Positions 42,033 through 51,780 are shown, counted from the first letter of the stretch. The stretch is 64,000 bases of DNA from a virus (IMGVR_UViG_3300033752_000412:1502-65501); one strand, 5' to 3'. Numbers and translations: made by a program. The notes: generated from the letters alone by a model not told the origin.

Positions 42033-43781
42033 CTACCACCACCGCCGCAGTTCCCGCGCGGTGCGCACCCCGACCGGCCACCGGGCCAGGCCGGGCCGCG
42101 CCATCACCGTGCCGATCGGCGACACGGTGGCACCCTGCGGGGCCAGGATCGCCTCCTCGGCGTCGGTGATGACCAGCAGCCCCGCCGCGCCGTCGTTGAA
42201 GAAGGACTGGCTGAACGGGCCGACCCGGACGCTGGCCAGCGGCGGCAGGCCGGCCGGGTTCCGCATGACCCGCAGCACCATTTGGATGGCCGCCAGCGCC
42301 GCCAGGTCGGCCGGCAGGGTGCCGGCGGCGACGCGGGCGTCCAGGTCCGGGAACCGGGCGCGCAGCAGCGCGGACGCGTACCGCAGCAGGGTCCGCGCCA
42401 TCGCCTGCTCGGCGACGCTCATGGGCCGGAACAGCCCTTCCAGCTCGTCCACTGTGGCCAGCGGCGGCGGGCCGGGAACCGGCTGGACGCGGATCCGGTA
42501 CGTCTCGACGGCGGTGGCGGTGCCGACCGCGTAGAACACGGCCGTCCACAGTCCGACCTTGGTGGGCAGGTAGGTGTAGGGGAAGTCACCGGATCCGGCC
42601 GGTGATTCCGGCACCTGTTCGTGGTCGATGACCAGGTTGCCGTCCGGATCCCACCACGACACCGACACGGTCGCGCCCGGGGTGGTGGAGAAGGTCAGCT
42701 GGACGGCGTCCCCCAGGTCGACGGTGCCCGGCTGCGGGTTGTTACCCACCGTTGGCGGCGGCCCGGCGGCAAGCTGCGCCGACACCATGTCGGTGAGGCC
42801 GGCCAGGTCCTGCAGGCTGCGACCGGCAGCCAGGGCGGTGGATACGGTGTCGACGACCCCGGCCGTGTCGGTGACGGTGGCAGCAAGGTCCTGGGCGCCG
42901 CTGAAGGAGACCACCAGCTCGTCCAACATGCCCACCTGGTCGGCGGACGTTTCGCCGACCGCGGTGGACAGCGGATCGTCCTCGTCGGACAGGCCGACCT
43001 GGTCGTCCACGGTCCGCGGCTTCGAAACGGCGGCACCGACCGTGTCGGTCAACCCGCCGGTGTCGTTGACCGTGGACTCGACCACCGACCCGGCTGCTTT
43101 GACCACGATCTGCAGGCCGCACCAGGGAACGGACTGCGGGATGTTGTCGGCGTCCCGGGCGTGGAAGGTGCGCGTACCGGTCGGCCCGGACGCCGCCAGG
43201 GTTTCGATGGCCCCGGCCAAGCTCATGAAGGGGGTCTTGGTGTCGTAGACCTCCGACATGCCGGCCGGCGGCTCGTACTGGGCGGCGGACGCGCCACTCA
43301 TCGTGTTGACGTGGCTGATCAGCAGCCCGCCCGCATTACCCGGGGACAGCCCCGGAAGCTCCTGGTCCGCCTGGGAGGCCGTGGAGAACACGCCGACGAC
43401 GTCGTCTATCGGGTTGTCCAGGTCCGCGCCGGCGAGCACGTAGGCGACCAGACCCTTGTCCTCGTCGGCGGATCCCGTCTCGGTCACGGACAGGGCCACG
43501 TCACCGGTCGCCGTGACTTTGTACAAGTAGGGCTTGATGTGGCCGAAGTTGCTGCCGGCGTCGACCGGCACACCGGTTCCGGTGATCTCCTCGACACCGT
43601 CCGCCGACCCGTTGACGGTCGGCTTGTTCGGCATGTCAGCCAGCGCGTAGAAGTTGTTGCAGTGCACGATCAGCAGCAGATCGCCTGCCTGCGGCTGACG
43701 TGCGCCGTTGAGTGTTCCACTGACCGGGTTGTCGGTTGTCGCCACAACCAGCGGTGTGCCGCCGCGGACCGTTACCGCCAC
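42033..43781 (-). CDS. Head-tail adaptor fused to a long N-terminal extension
   Basis: C-terminal ~145 aa LATV.EL..R..LL..AS.LLR...RV.RNP.G....GPFS.S adaptor. It is preceded by an Ig-like domain, D..G..D.V repeats and a beta-rich domain. Confidence 0.8.
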   Translation of the reverse strand: MAVTVRGGTPLVVATTDNPVSGTLNGARQPQAGDLLLIVHCNNFYALADMPNKPTVNGSADGVEEITGTGVPVDAGSNFGHIKPYLYKVTATGDVALSVTETGSADEDKGLVAYVLAGADLDNPIDDVVGVFSTASQADQELPGLSPGNAGGLLISHVNTMSGASAAQYEPPAGMSEVYDTKTPFMSLAGAIETLAASGPTGTRTFHARDADNIPQSVPWCGLQIVVKAAGSVVESTVNDTGGLTDTVGAAVSKPRTVDDQVGLSDEDDPLSTAVGETSADQVGMLDELVVSFSGAQDLAATVTDTAGVVDTVSTALAAGRSLQDLAGLTDMVSAQLAAGPPPTVGNNPQPGTVDLGDAVQLTFSTTPGATVSVSWWDPDGNLVIDHEQVPESPAGSGDFPYTYLPTKVGLWTAVFYAVGTATAVETYRIRVQPVPGPPPLATVDELEGLFRPMSVAEQAMARTLLRYASALLRARFPDLDARVAAGTLPADLAALAAIQMVLRVMRNPAGLPPLASVRVGPFSQSFFNDGAAGLLVITDAEEAILAPQGATVSPIGTVMARPGLARWPVGVRTARELRRWW

Positions 43782-43799
43782 TCAGCCCACCACCTCGAC

Positions 43800-44747
43800 T
43801 CACGGGTTCGGGTTGTCGACGATGTTGCCGTCGCCGTCGCGGTTGCCCGACCACACGGCGACGCTGCCCGGCTCTTCCACGGCCACCAGGCCGAACTCGC
43901 CCGCCGGGTCCGGCGCCGGCCGCAACACACCCAGGTCGTTGTCAGTGCATACGATGTTGTGCATGCGGCGGCCGAACCGAAGGTGGTAGGCGCCTCCGAG
44001 GAAGGCGTTGTTGTGGACCCGAGCGGCCAGCAGGGCCTCGCCGTTGTTCGCCGGCGGCATCCCCATCGTCGCGGCGGCGTTCATCGCCTCACCGTTCGGA
44101 CCGAACACCGCCTCGACCAGGCAGTGCTCGATCGTCACGTAGGTTTCGACGGACTGCTGCTGGAAGATCTGTATGCCGTCCAGGTGCTGCGTCGGGTCGA
44201 TGTACGACAGGTCGTGTATCCAGCACTGCGAGATGATCGAGCCGTCGGGGAAGCCTGTGCCGGGTTGAGCTACGGCGTGGATGCCGTCCCCGGACCCCGA
44301 CACGTCGCAGCGGCGCGCGATCAGCCGCGAGTCGGAGGAGATCCCGTTGACCTGTGGCTCCAACGTGTCCAGGTCTGGGGTTCCGACGATGGTGGTGTCC
44401 TCGACGGTCAGCGTGCCAAGGCCGGCGCCGTTCAGGGTGACGCAGAAGATCTGCCCCGCCGGCGGGGAGATCACACAGTTGCGCACCACCGGGTCGGCGC
44501 CGCCCATGAACACCAGCGCCGCGTTGATCCGCCAGCCGTTGACGACCAGGTTGTCGCCGCGGGCCTCAAGGGTGGCACCGGCCCATGTCGACGAGGTGCC
44601 CTCGAACGGTGTGCCCGTCAGGCTGTCGCCGGGGTTGAGGACCTTCAGGTCGGCGGCCTTGCCCCGGTAGCCGACCTGGCCGGGGATTGCCCGAACTCCG
44701 GCGGGGAGGGTGCGCCAGCCGACGGTTACCGAATAGTGGCGGGACAC
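43800..44747 (-). CDS. Right-handed beta-helix (pectate-lyase-like) protein
   Basis: Repeated V.NC.I / VED.TI / RRCDVSG..DGI / I.QCWIHD..H.DGIQ coils. Confidence 0.75.
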   Translation of the reverse strand: MSRHYSVTVGWRTLPAGVRAIPGQVGYRGKAADLKVLNPGDSLTGTPFEGTSSTWAGATLEARGDNLVVNGWRINAALVFMGGADPVVRNCVISPPAGQIFCVTLNGAGLGTLTVEDTTIVGTPDLDTLEPQVNGISSDSRLIARRCDVSGSGDGIHAVAQPGTGFPDGSIISQCWIHDLSYIDPTQHLDGIQIFQQQSVETYVTIEHCLVEAVFGPNGEAMNAAATMGMPPANNGEALLAARVHNNAFLGGAYHLRFGRRMHNIVCTDNDLGVLRPAPDPAGEFGLVAVEEPGSVAVWSGNRDGDGNIVDNPNP

Positions 44748-44772
44748 CGTTTAGTCCTCGGTGTGCGCGGCG

Positions 44773-45378
44773 CTAGGCGCCCAGAGCTTTCCAGTTCCAG
44801 GTGATCTCCAGCGAATCCTCGGCTCCCTTGTCGAGGGGCGTCAGCAGCGCCCGGGCGTAGGTGTTGGCCGTGGCCGAGGTGGCGTCCGTGGCGGCGTCGT
44901 TGACGATGACCACCTCGGAGATGTCGTTCGCCGTGGCGGTGCCGGCCGCCCACGAGCACTTGTAGACGGCGTTGACGCCGTTGCCCGAGCCTAGGTTCGC
45001 CGTCTGCGGGTAGCCGGAGTCGAAGGCCGCGTTGGACCCGGAGACGTAGCTGACCAGGGCGGCTCCGGTGGACGCCTTCGCCACCTCCGTGGTCCCGGTG
45101 CCCAGCTTCATCCCATTCGCCCGCGTGGGTGCGGGCGGCGCCGCCGGCGCCACGCCGGCGATGATTTGCGCGGCCACGTAGGCGTCGCCCGCGTCCGTGA
45201 TGAGGTTGGCAAACGGGACCAGCGTCTTGGTCTTGCCGTCGCCATCGAGCAGGTGCGCAACGCCGTAGCCGACCAGGCCCAGACCATCCGGCCGCAGCCG
45301 GCGGGCATCGTCCAGGGCAGCCTCCATGGCGTCCCGGTATGCGCTCGTGCGGGTGATCAGGTGCATGGGGGAATCCAC
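44773..45378 (-). CDS. Tail-collar/fibre-anchor-like structural protein
   Basis: NLIT.AG..., .GTG.T, TAT...ISEV.I, ARA....DK...DSL.ITW. Confidence 0.55.
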   Translation of the reverse strand: MDSPMHLITRTSAYRDAMEAALDDARRLRPDGLGLVGYGVAHLLDGDGKTKTLVPFANLITDAGDAYVAAQIIAGVAPAAPPAPTRANGMKLGTGTTEVAKASTGAALVSYVSGSNAAFDSGYPQTANLGSGNGVNAVYKCSWAAGTATANDISEVVIVNDAATDATSATANTYARALLTPLDKGAEDSLEITWNWKALGA

Positions 45379-45402
45379 CTCCGGGCGGGGGTGATGGACG
45401 GT

Positions 45403-47844
45403 TCAGCCCGTGCGCCGGATCAGGCCGCGGGCGACGCGGGCGACGATGCGGTGCGGGGCCGCATGATGTTGGGTGGCGCGGCTGACTGCCTGGGCGGCGA
45501 GGACGAACATCCGCGCCAGGATGGTCGCCGGGGTGACCGTGTAGCCGGCGGACAGGCCCGGCCGGGCCACCTCCGCTACGGCTGGCACGGCGGGTGGGGT
45601 CGCGGCCGAGCCAGTGGACAGCCCCGGCGCGGGCACGTCCGCCTGCCCGGCCACGGTGTCCGGCTGGGCGGTGCCGAAGCCGCTGGTGGTGACGGGCGGC
45701 ACGGCAACGGCGCCGGCGGCAGCCACCGTGGCCGGGGTGGCCGTGCCCAGGATGGCCAGGTCCGGGGCGGGCACGGCGCCGGCGGCGGCCACCGTGCCCG
45801 GTGCGGCACGGCCTGCCCCGGCCACCGCCGGGGCCGGAACCGCACCCACCGACCCCACCGGCTGCGGGGTGACCGCAGCGTGGGCGGCCACGGTGGGCGC
45901 CGGTACGGCCAGCCGGCCGGCCACGGCCAGCGGGGTGGTGAAGCCGCTGCGGATGACGGTCGGCGTGGGGATGGTGGTGGCCGCGGCGACTGGGGCCGGG
46001 TTGGCGAACCCGGGTGTACCTTCCGCCCCCTGGCCGACGGCGACCTCGGCGTAGATGGCGTGGATGCCGACCGGCGCCGCCGTGTTGTCGGAGAACCCGA
46101 TGCGGAACGCCAACGCGTCCAGCTCGACCTGGGTGTGCACGTCGGCGGCCGGCAGCTGCCGGCACAGCCAGGCCGGGTTGGTGGTGTCGGCGTCGAAGTT
46201 GGGGTCGGCGGTGGGGGAGAGGACCGATTCGGTGATGCCGTTCCACGACCGGAAGCCGATAGTCGCCGCCGTCCCGGATGCGGCCCACCCGCATGCCAGC
46301 ATCCGCACACCCATGACGGACTCGCCGTCCTGCAGGGTGTAGCTACTCATCGGCACCTGCACGTAGTCGCCGGGGGCCGCCGCGACCTGCGCGATGCCGT
46401 CCGCGGCCGGGCCAACCTTGGGCGCCGCGTCCGCGATGGCCGACCGGGCAGTCGACGCGTCCCAGGCGGCGAGGGTGCCGTTGGCGGTGAACGTGTTGAA
46501 GTTCGCCGTGTCGCCGTTGACGGTCAGCGGCGACCCGGTGCCCAGGTCGAACCCGGCCGGTACGTCGTCGCGCACCGCCACCGTTCCGGTGATGGCCGTC
46601 TGGTCCGCCCCACCGCCGGTGGCGTCCTGCACTGGAACGCCGGCGCTGGGCTGGGTGAACGGCAGCAGCACCACAGGAGAGGAGTCCACCCACGCCTGCA
46701 GCGACGAGGCGAGCTGCTCGACCGTGGTGTTGTCCAGTTTGGAGTCCCACACGCCGACGAGGGCCAGCCGCATGGCGCCGAACTCGGAGCTGGCGAACCA
46801 GCCGATCCGGATCTCGTCCGGCACCTCGGCGGTGCCGGTGAGCTGGGTGAGGGTGGGGTGTGTCCAGGTGCCGGTGTCGAAGTCGTACCAGTGGCCGACC
46901 GGCGCCGGGTCGTTCCCTTCGGCCTTGCCCGCACCCGTGATCAGCCAGCCTTCCGACCCGCTGTAGGGCATGGAGGTGAAGTTCCCGGCCGACACGTACA
47001 CGTTGCCGTCGTCGTACGGGTTGATGCCGATGACGGTGGTGCCGGTGTCCGTGTCGACCGCGCGGATGAGGCAGCCGCGGTCCAGGCCGAGCGGCTTCCA
47101 CAGGCACAGCACGGTCAACGGGCCGGTGGCCGGTGGCACCGCGCCGACGGCGGTGATGATGCGGTCGTCGATCCCGTCAAACTCCCGCACCGCCGGCGCG
47201 TCAACGGTCAGCAGCTCCACCTTGTGCTCGCCCAGCGGATAGTCGCCGGGGGTGGCGGAGATCAGCAGGTCGTCGAAGTCGACGGAGGCGAGCGCGGCAC
47301 CGGAGGTGGGGCAGCCGAACCGGATCCGGTTGAACGTGGACGCGGCCCCTGGCCCGGTCGCCTGGGACTGTGGGCTGCCGTCGATCTGCCACTCGAACAC
47401 GTGCGGGCTGGCGGAGATGTCCCAGCGGAAGTCCAGCCGATACCAGGTGTCGGCGGCGACGACGACCGAGGACGCCTGCTCCGTGCCGCCCGCGCTGGCG
47501 TAGACCCGGGCGTTGGCGGCGTTGAACTTCAGGTAGGCGACGTTGGTGCCGGCGGCGGTGTCCAGGGACAGGAACACCGCGTCCGCGCCCGGCAGAACCG
47601 TCGGGAACCGGAAGTACAGGGAGCCGACGACGACCGTGCGGCCCGACCCGACGGTGGCGGTGGTCCACGCCACCCACGAGGTGGACAGGCCCACCCGCAG
47701 GCCGTACCTGCCGCTGCGGGCGGCGTCCGGGGTGACCGTGTACGAGCCGGCCGCCGAGTCGAAGACGCGGTTGCCGCTGTTGCCGGTGGTCAGCCCGGCG
47801 GCGGTGCCCCATTCGAACCCGGCGTGGACGACGACCTCAGCCAC
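45403..47844 (-). CDS. Appendage protein with LamG/ConA-like carbohydrate-binding domains and P..V....V..P repeats
   Basis: Beta-sandwich segments (DTWYRLD..W, FDDL.IS, FDG.DD.I, IG.F....F...A...VW..L), followed by about 10 Ala/Pro/Val/Thr repeats. Confidence 0.7.
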   Translation of the reverse strand: MAEVVVHAGFEWGTAAGLTTGNSGNRVFDSAAGSYTVTPDAARSGRYGLRVGLSTSWVAWTTATVGSGRTVVVGSLYFRFPTVLPGADAVFLSLDTAAGTNVAYLKFNAANARVYASAGGTEQASSVVVAADTWYRLDFRWDISASPHVFEWQIDGSPQSQATGPGAASTFNRIRFGCPTSGAALASVDFDDLLISATPGDYPLGEHKVELLTVDAPAVREFDGIDDRIITAVGAVPPATGPLTVLCLWKPLGLDRGCLIRAVDTDTGTTVIGINPYDDGNVYVSAGNFTSMPYSGSEGWLITGAGKAEGNDPAPVGHWYDFDTGTWTHPTLTQLTGTAEVPDEIRIGWFASSEFGAMRLALVGVWDSKLDNTTVEQLASSLQAWVDSSPVVLLPFTQPSAGVPVQDATGGGADQTAITGTVAVRDDVPAGFDLGTGSPLTVNGDTANFNTFTANGTLAAWDASTARSAIADAAPKVGPAADGIAQVAAAPGDYVQVPMSSYTLQDGESVMGVRMLACGWAASGTAATIGFRSWNGITESVLSPTADPNFDADTTNPAWLCRQLPAADVHTQVELDALAFRIGFSDNTAAPVGIHAIYAEVAVGQGAEGTPGFANPAPVAAATTIPTPTVIRSGFTTPLAVAGRLAVPAPTVAAHAAVTPQPVGSVGAVPAPAVAGAGRAAPGTVAAAGAVPAPDLAILGTATPATVAAAGAVAVPPVTTSGFGTAQPDTVAGQADVPAPGLSTGSAATPPAVPAVAEVARPGLSAGYTVTPATILARMFVLAAQAVSRATQHHAAPHRIVARVARGLIRRTG

Positions 47845-47865
47845 AGCACCCCCACACGGCCGGGG

Positions 47866-48324
47866 TCAGGGTGTGAAGTCCCAGGTGCCGATGCCGGCCG
47901 CGGCCCACTGCAGGTCGAGGGTTCCGGCCACGGTGGACACGGGCGTGACGAAGTCGGCCAGCAGGATCAGCTCGTCCGCGGAGGCGGCGCCGCCGCGGGC
48001 GAAGTAGCACACCGCGGCCATGGCGTCGGTGATGGTTGATGACACCCACTGGGTGTTGGCCGCATCCCAGGTCAGCAGCCCCGACGCCACGGTCAGGGTG
48101 GTGCCGGTCAGCAGGTTCCCGCCGGTGGTGTAGCCGTTGCCGTTGGGGACCTCGCCGGTGATGTCGTCGCGGAAATCGTGGTTGGTGTAGTCCGGCGTGT
48201 ACGAGTCGGTGACCAGCAGCACCTTGACCGCGGTCTCCGAGTCCAGGCCACCGGCGGGCAGGGACGCGGCGGACAGCATCTTCTGCAGGGTCTTGCCGTA
48301 CCAGCCGGCCGCGGTGATGCTCAT
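47866..48324 (-). CDS. Virion appendage base-like protein
   Basis: VKVLL....YTPD...HDF..D...EV..G.GYT.GG..L......WDAA...W, a recurrent phage structural domain. Confidence 0.65.
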   Translation of the reverse strand: MSITAAGWYGKTLQKMLSAASLPAGGLDSETAVKVLLVTDSYTPDYTNHDFRDDITGEVPNGNGYTTGGNLLTGTTLTVASGLLTWDAANTQWVSSTITDAMAAVCYFARGGAASADELILLADFVTPVSTVAGTLDLQWAAAGIGTWDFTP

Positions 48325-48581
48325 TCCTGTCGGCCCTCCTGCTGCTGTTCGGCGGACCAGCGGGTGTAGTAGGCGGCGCAGGCACGGTTGGTGTGCCCGT
48401 CGCCCCGGGCCAGGGCGTCCCGCTCCTGCTGCGGACCGCCGCGGGCCACCCACCGGGCGTACCGCACCTGCTCCTTCTGCTCCTCCAGCGTTTCGGCGTC
48501 GCCGGACTGCTTCAGCTGGGCGAGACGTTCCTCCGCCTCGGCGAGGGCCAGCTGCGCCCTCAACTCGTCCACACGGGACAT
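48321..48581 (-). CDS. Small coiled-coil protein
   Basis: ATGA coupling. Confidence 0.55.
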   Translation of the reverse strand: MSRVDELRAQLALAEAEERLAQLKQSGDAETLEEQKEQVRYARWVARGGPQQERDALARGDGHTNRACAAYYTRWSAEQQQEGRQE

Positions 48582-48582
48582 G

Positions 48583-48822
48583 TCAGCGGCCTCCAATCCG
48601 GGGCACGGGCAGCACCATGCGGACCGTCGCCGGCCGGACGACCGCGTCCAGCCGCTCGGCGGTCTCGATGTGGGTAACCGTGCCCGAATCGTCCACGGTG
48701 ACCTTGGCCCGTTCACCCGTCGGCAGGGTCACCGTCCTGGTCCTGGCCCGGAACCGCAGCAGGCTGATGCTGCGCGGCACGAGCAGGCCGGACTTGTGCT
48801 GCCCAAACTCGGGCATCGGCAC
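48583..48822 (-). CDS. Small hypothetical protein
   Basis: AGGGG RBS, in operon. Confidence 0.5.
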   Translation of the reverse strand: MPMPEFGQHKSGLLVPRSISLLRFRARTRTVTLPTGERAKVTVDDSGTVTHIETAERLDAVVRPATVRMVLPVPRIGGR

Positions 48823-48828
48823 CCCCTA

Positions 48829-49218
48829 CTACTCGGCCGGGATGACGCCGGCCCGCTCGCAGGCGGCGATGATCTCGTCCCGGCTGGCCCCGTCTGGGAA
48901 TTCGACGTCGTGGTCGACGGCGAATGCCTGCCACGCGTCGAGGCCGGAGCCGCGTCCGGACCGGGGTGGTGCGGGCACCCGCTCCCGGCCGTCGGCCGCC
49001 TCGGCCGGCGCGATGGGCTTGTCCGGATTGGCTGCCGCGTCGCGAGACGGGTCGTCGGCCGCCGACTCCGCGTCTGCCTTGACGTCGGGCAGGTCGGGCA
49101 GCACGCCACCCTGCCACGCCTTCGGATTGGTGATGCGGGCCGCCACCTCGGGCGGGGGCATGTCGCCGGGCCGGTACCACTGCCCGGCGACATGCACGTA
49201 CGCTGCGAGCCTTGCCAT
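48829..49218 (-). CDS. Capsid-adjacent protein with C-terminal HeH/LEM-like helix pair
   Basis: Coupled to the MCP stop. GSGLDAW.AFA...V.FPDGASRDEIIAAC. Confidence 0.65.
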   Translation of the reverse strand: MARLAAYVHVAGQWYRPGDMPPPEVAARITNPKAWQGGVLPDLPDVKADAESAADDPSRDAAANPDKPIAPAEAADGRERVPAPPRSGRGSGLDAWQAFAVDHDVEFPDGASRDEIIAACERAGVIPAE

Positions 49219-50249
49219 CACAGCACGTCCGCGACCATGAGCCGCAGCGGGTCGGTGATCATCGGCATGCCGACGGCGCCGACCTTGGTCCACACCCGCA
49301 CCGGGTCGCCCTCCTTGAGGACGACACCGACCAGGCCGGGCAGGTCCTCGAACAGCAGCCCTGGGTTGTCGCCGGTGGCCAGCTCCAGGGCCTCCGCGGT
49401 GATACCCCAGGCGGTGAAGCCGAGGGTGGACGGGTCGGCCGGCAGCAGGATGACCCGGTCGTTGGGGATGACCCGCTGGTTGACCCCGTTGACCTGCAGC
49501 TGCGTGTTGTACTCGAAGATCTGCGGCAGGCTGAACGCCTGCAGCACCTGGTTGAGCTGCGGCAGGGTGATCAGGTTCGGCACACCGTACGGGGTGGTGA
49601 ACAGCTCCCGGATCTCCTGCGACAGCACCATGTTGTTGATCACCGTGTTCGAGGTGACCATGGTGCCCGGCCGCTCGCCGGTGTCGTCCACGTACTTGTC
49701 CACCCACGTCTTCAGGTCCTGAAGCGGGGTGGAGTTGGTGTGGTCGGACCAGGCCGTCGCGGCGGTGACCAGGTGGTCGCCCGGCACGCCGAAGTCGGCC
49801 TCGATGGTCAACCCGTTCTCCCCGGACAGGGTGAACTTGCCGTCGACCAGCACGTCGCCGCGGGCGAGCTCCATCCGGTTGAGCACGGCCCGGGTGTTGA
49901 TCTCGGCGTCGTCGTAGATGGCGCGGACGTAGCCGTCACGGTTGTCGCCGCCGGTGCGGATCCGCTCCAGCTGCAGCCGCTCGTACTCGCCGATCGGGGT
50001 CTTCTGGCCCAGAGGGGGCAGCTTGACCTTCGAGCGCTGGAACTTGTCACGCTCGCCGATCGGGGTTTCGGTGTCCCATGCCCGGAACTGGGCGGCCCGG
50101 TTGGTGCGGGTCACCATGTCGAACGCGGCCTCGATGTCGGCGATCTGCCGGTCGGGCAGGAACTGGTTCAACACCAGGTTCACCGGCGACGGCACGTTGC
50201 GGACGAACCCGGTCAGGACCGCCGGCTCGATGTAGTCGTCAACGATCAC
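49218..50249 (-). CDS. Major capsid protein (lambda gpE-like family)
   Basis: Follows decoration and scaffold genes. AQFRAWDTE.PI, LPPL.QK..IGEYE, NRME..RG..L..GK, DP...W.K..A.GMP. Confidence 0.92.
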   Translation of the reverse strand: MIVDDYIEPAVLTGFVRNVPSPVNLVLNQFLPDRQIADIEAAFDMVTRTNRAAQFRAWDTETPIGERDKFQRSKVKLPPLGQKTPIGEYERLQLERIRTGGDNRDGYVRAIYDDAEINTRAVLNRMELARGDVLVDGKFTLSGENGLTIEADFGVPGDHLVTAATAWSDHTNSTPLQDLKTWVDKYVDDTGERPGTMVTSNTVINNMVLSQEIRELFTTPYGVPNLITLPQLNQVLQAFSLPQIFEYNTQLQVNGVNQRVIPNDRVILLPADPSTLGFTAWGITAEALELATGDNPGLLFEDLPGLVGVVLKEGDPVRVWTKVGAVGMPMITDPLRLMVADVL

Positions 50250-50261
50250 TTGTGGTTCCTC

Positions 50262-50666
50262 CTACTCGAACCGGAACTTCGCGGCCAGGTCGGTGCGGGC
50301 GTTGGAGTCCAGGCCGCCCGGCGCGGTCGACTGGATCGGCAGCCGGGACGTGCGGATCACGCCGCGCCACTGCAGCGGCGCACCCACGTCGGGGCCGCCG
50401 GCGCGGACTTGAGTGGAGTTGAACAGGAAGCCCTCGGCGACTTCCTGGCCGTTGGTGAGCGCGTCGTTGTACGGGCCGTACAGTCCGGTCGCGGTGATCC
50501 TGCCGAGGACGGTGCCGGACGGGATGTACCCGTTCGGGTAGTGGGTGGCCTGGTCGAAGGCGCTGACGTCCAACGTCACGCTGCGGGTGAACTCGGTGCC
50601 GTCCCGGGACCCGAGCCACGACCGGTCCTCGACCGTGTACTCGGTCTTCCGGACAGAAATGTCCAT
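50262..50666 (-). CDS. Head decoration protein
   Basis: H.P.G.IPSG..L....ATGLY.PY..A..G.E...GFL, G.I...LP. Lies before the MCP gene. Confidence 0.88.
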   Translation of the reverse strand: MDISVRKTEYTVEDRSWLGSRDGTEFTRSVTLDVSAFDQATHYPNGYIPSGTVLGRITATGLYGPYNDALTNGQEVAEGFLFNSTQVRAGGPDVGAPLQWRGVIRTSRLPIQSTAPGGLDSNARTDLAAKFRFE

Positions 50667-50734
50667 AGTGGACGCTCCTTTGTTGCTGGTGAAAGTTCTG
50701 GTGGCCGGACCGCAGGCTCAGGTCCCGCGCGCCG

Positions 50735-51730
50735 TCAGGCGGCGGTGGTCGTCTTCTTGCCGTAGCGGGCTTCGGCGATGGCCTTCCCGGCGGCCAGCCC
50801 TGTCGGCTTGACGGGGTCGGTGGGGCCTTGGCCCATGTCGGGAACCTTGCGAGTCGTGCCCGTGGCGGGCGTGGCGGGCGCCCCCGGCGCGGCGGGGGTC
50901 GAAGACGGCGCCGGCGCCGGCTGGGCCGGCTGCGGCGGGGCGACGACGTTGGCGAACGCGACCACCTTGTCGGTGTCCACGCTCAGCCCGTCAGCGGTGA
51001 GGAACGACGACTTATCCAAAGGCCCGACGATGGCCTGGATCTCGTCCTCGGTCTTACGGTTGGTCAGCACGGCACGGAAGAACTGCTCGACGAGCTTGCT
51101 GCCGGCCTCCTCCAGCGCGGCCTGCCGGCCACGCTTCTCCGCCTCGGCGACCGCCTTCTGCTGCTCGGTCATGTTGGCGGCCTCGATCTCGGCCAGCTTG
51201 GCCTTGATCTGCTCGTAGTCCGACATGGACTTCCAGCGGGCCTCGTGCTGCCGGGCGTGGTGCTTCCAGTAGGCCAGCTGCTGCTCGATGGTCATTTCGG
51301 CCAGCGGCGTGTTCTCCGGGTACCCGTTGGGCCCGTTGGCCGCGGCCTGGTCGGCCTTCTGCTGGCTGGCGATTGCGTCGGCCAGCAGCATCTGCGCTAA
51401 CGCATCGTTGTCCCCTGCCGGGACTGCGGGTGCGGGGGCAGGAGCAGGAGCCGGCGCGGGGGCCGGAGCAGGTGCGGGCGCGGGAGCGGGTGCCGGCGCC
51501 GGGGCAGGTGCGGGTGCCGGGGCAGGAGCCGGTGCGGGTGCCGGCGTGCCCGGCGCTGGTTCGCCCATTGGTTGGGAGCCGCCGAGGACCGGCCAGATGA
51601 TGCGCCCGTTCTTGGTGGTGCCCAACGCCTGCAACGGCTGCCCGGTGATCGGGTGCCGCAGTGTCGGATGGACCAGCCTGCCGGCCTCGTCCACGACCGC
51701 GGCAGTAGGCGACAAAACATCGATGTTCAT
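50735..51730 (-). CDS. Capsid scaffolding protein
   Basis: YWK.HAR.HE, E.A..TE..KA...A..RG. N-terminal HP.TG..L..LG..K.G..IWP..GGS leader and a (PA)n linker. Confidence 0.85.
   Translation of the reverse strand: MNIDVLSPTAAVVDEAGRLVHPTLRHPITGQPLQALGTTKNGRIIWPVLGGSQPMGEPAPGTPAPAPAPAPAPAPAPAPAPAPAPAPAPAPAPAPAPAPAPAVPAGDNDALAQMLLADAIASQQKADQAAANGPNGYPENTPLAEMTIEQQLAYWKHHARQHEARWKSMSDYEQIKAKLAEIEAANMTEQQKAVAEAEKRGRQAALEEAGSKLVEQFFRAVLTNRKTEDEIQAIVGPLDKSSFLTADGLSVDTDKVVAFANVVAPPQPAQPAPAPSSTPAAPGAPATPATGTTRKVPDMGQGPTDPVKPTGLAAGKAIAEARYGKKTTTAA
51425..51544 (-). repeat. (Pro-Ala) x about 20 linker in scaffold
   Basis: Dipeptide repeat with scrambled synonymous codons. Confidence 0.9.
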
Positions 51731-51739
51731 GCGATCGTT

Positions 51740-51776
51740 TCCCCTGTCGGGAGTTGTGGGTGACGCCCATGGCGGG
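51740..51776 (-). promoter_or_regulatory. Leader motif shared with terS (CCCGCCATGGG..TCCCGACAnGGGA)
   Basis: The same two blocks, in the same order, lie upstream of both the scaffold and terS genes. Confidence 0.6.
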
Positions 51777-51780
51777 CATG

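Noticed and set aside
51425-51544. PA repeat as a DNA-level VNTR or phase-variation tract
   Set aside because: The synonymous codons are scrambled, so it is conserved as protein rather than as a slippage array.
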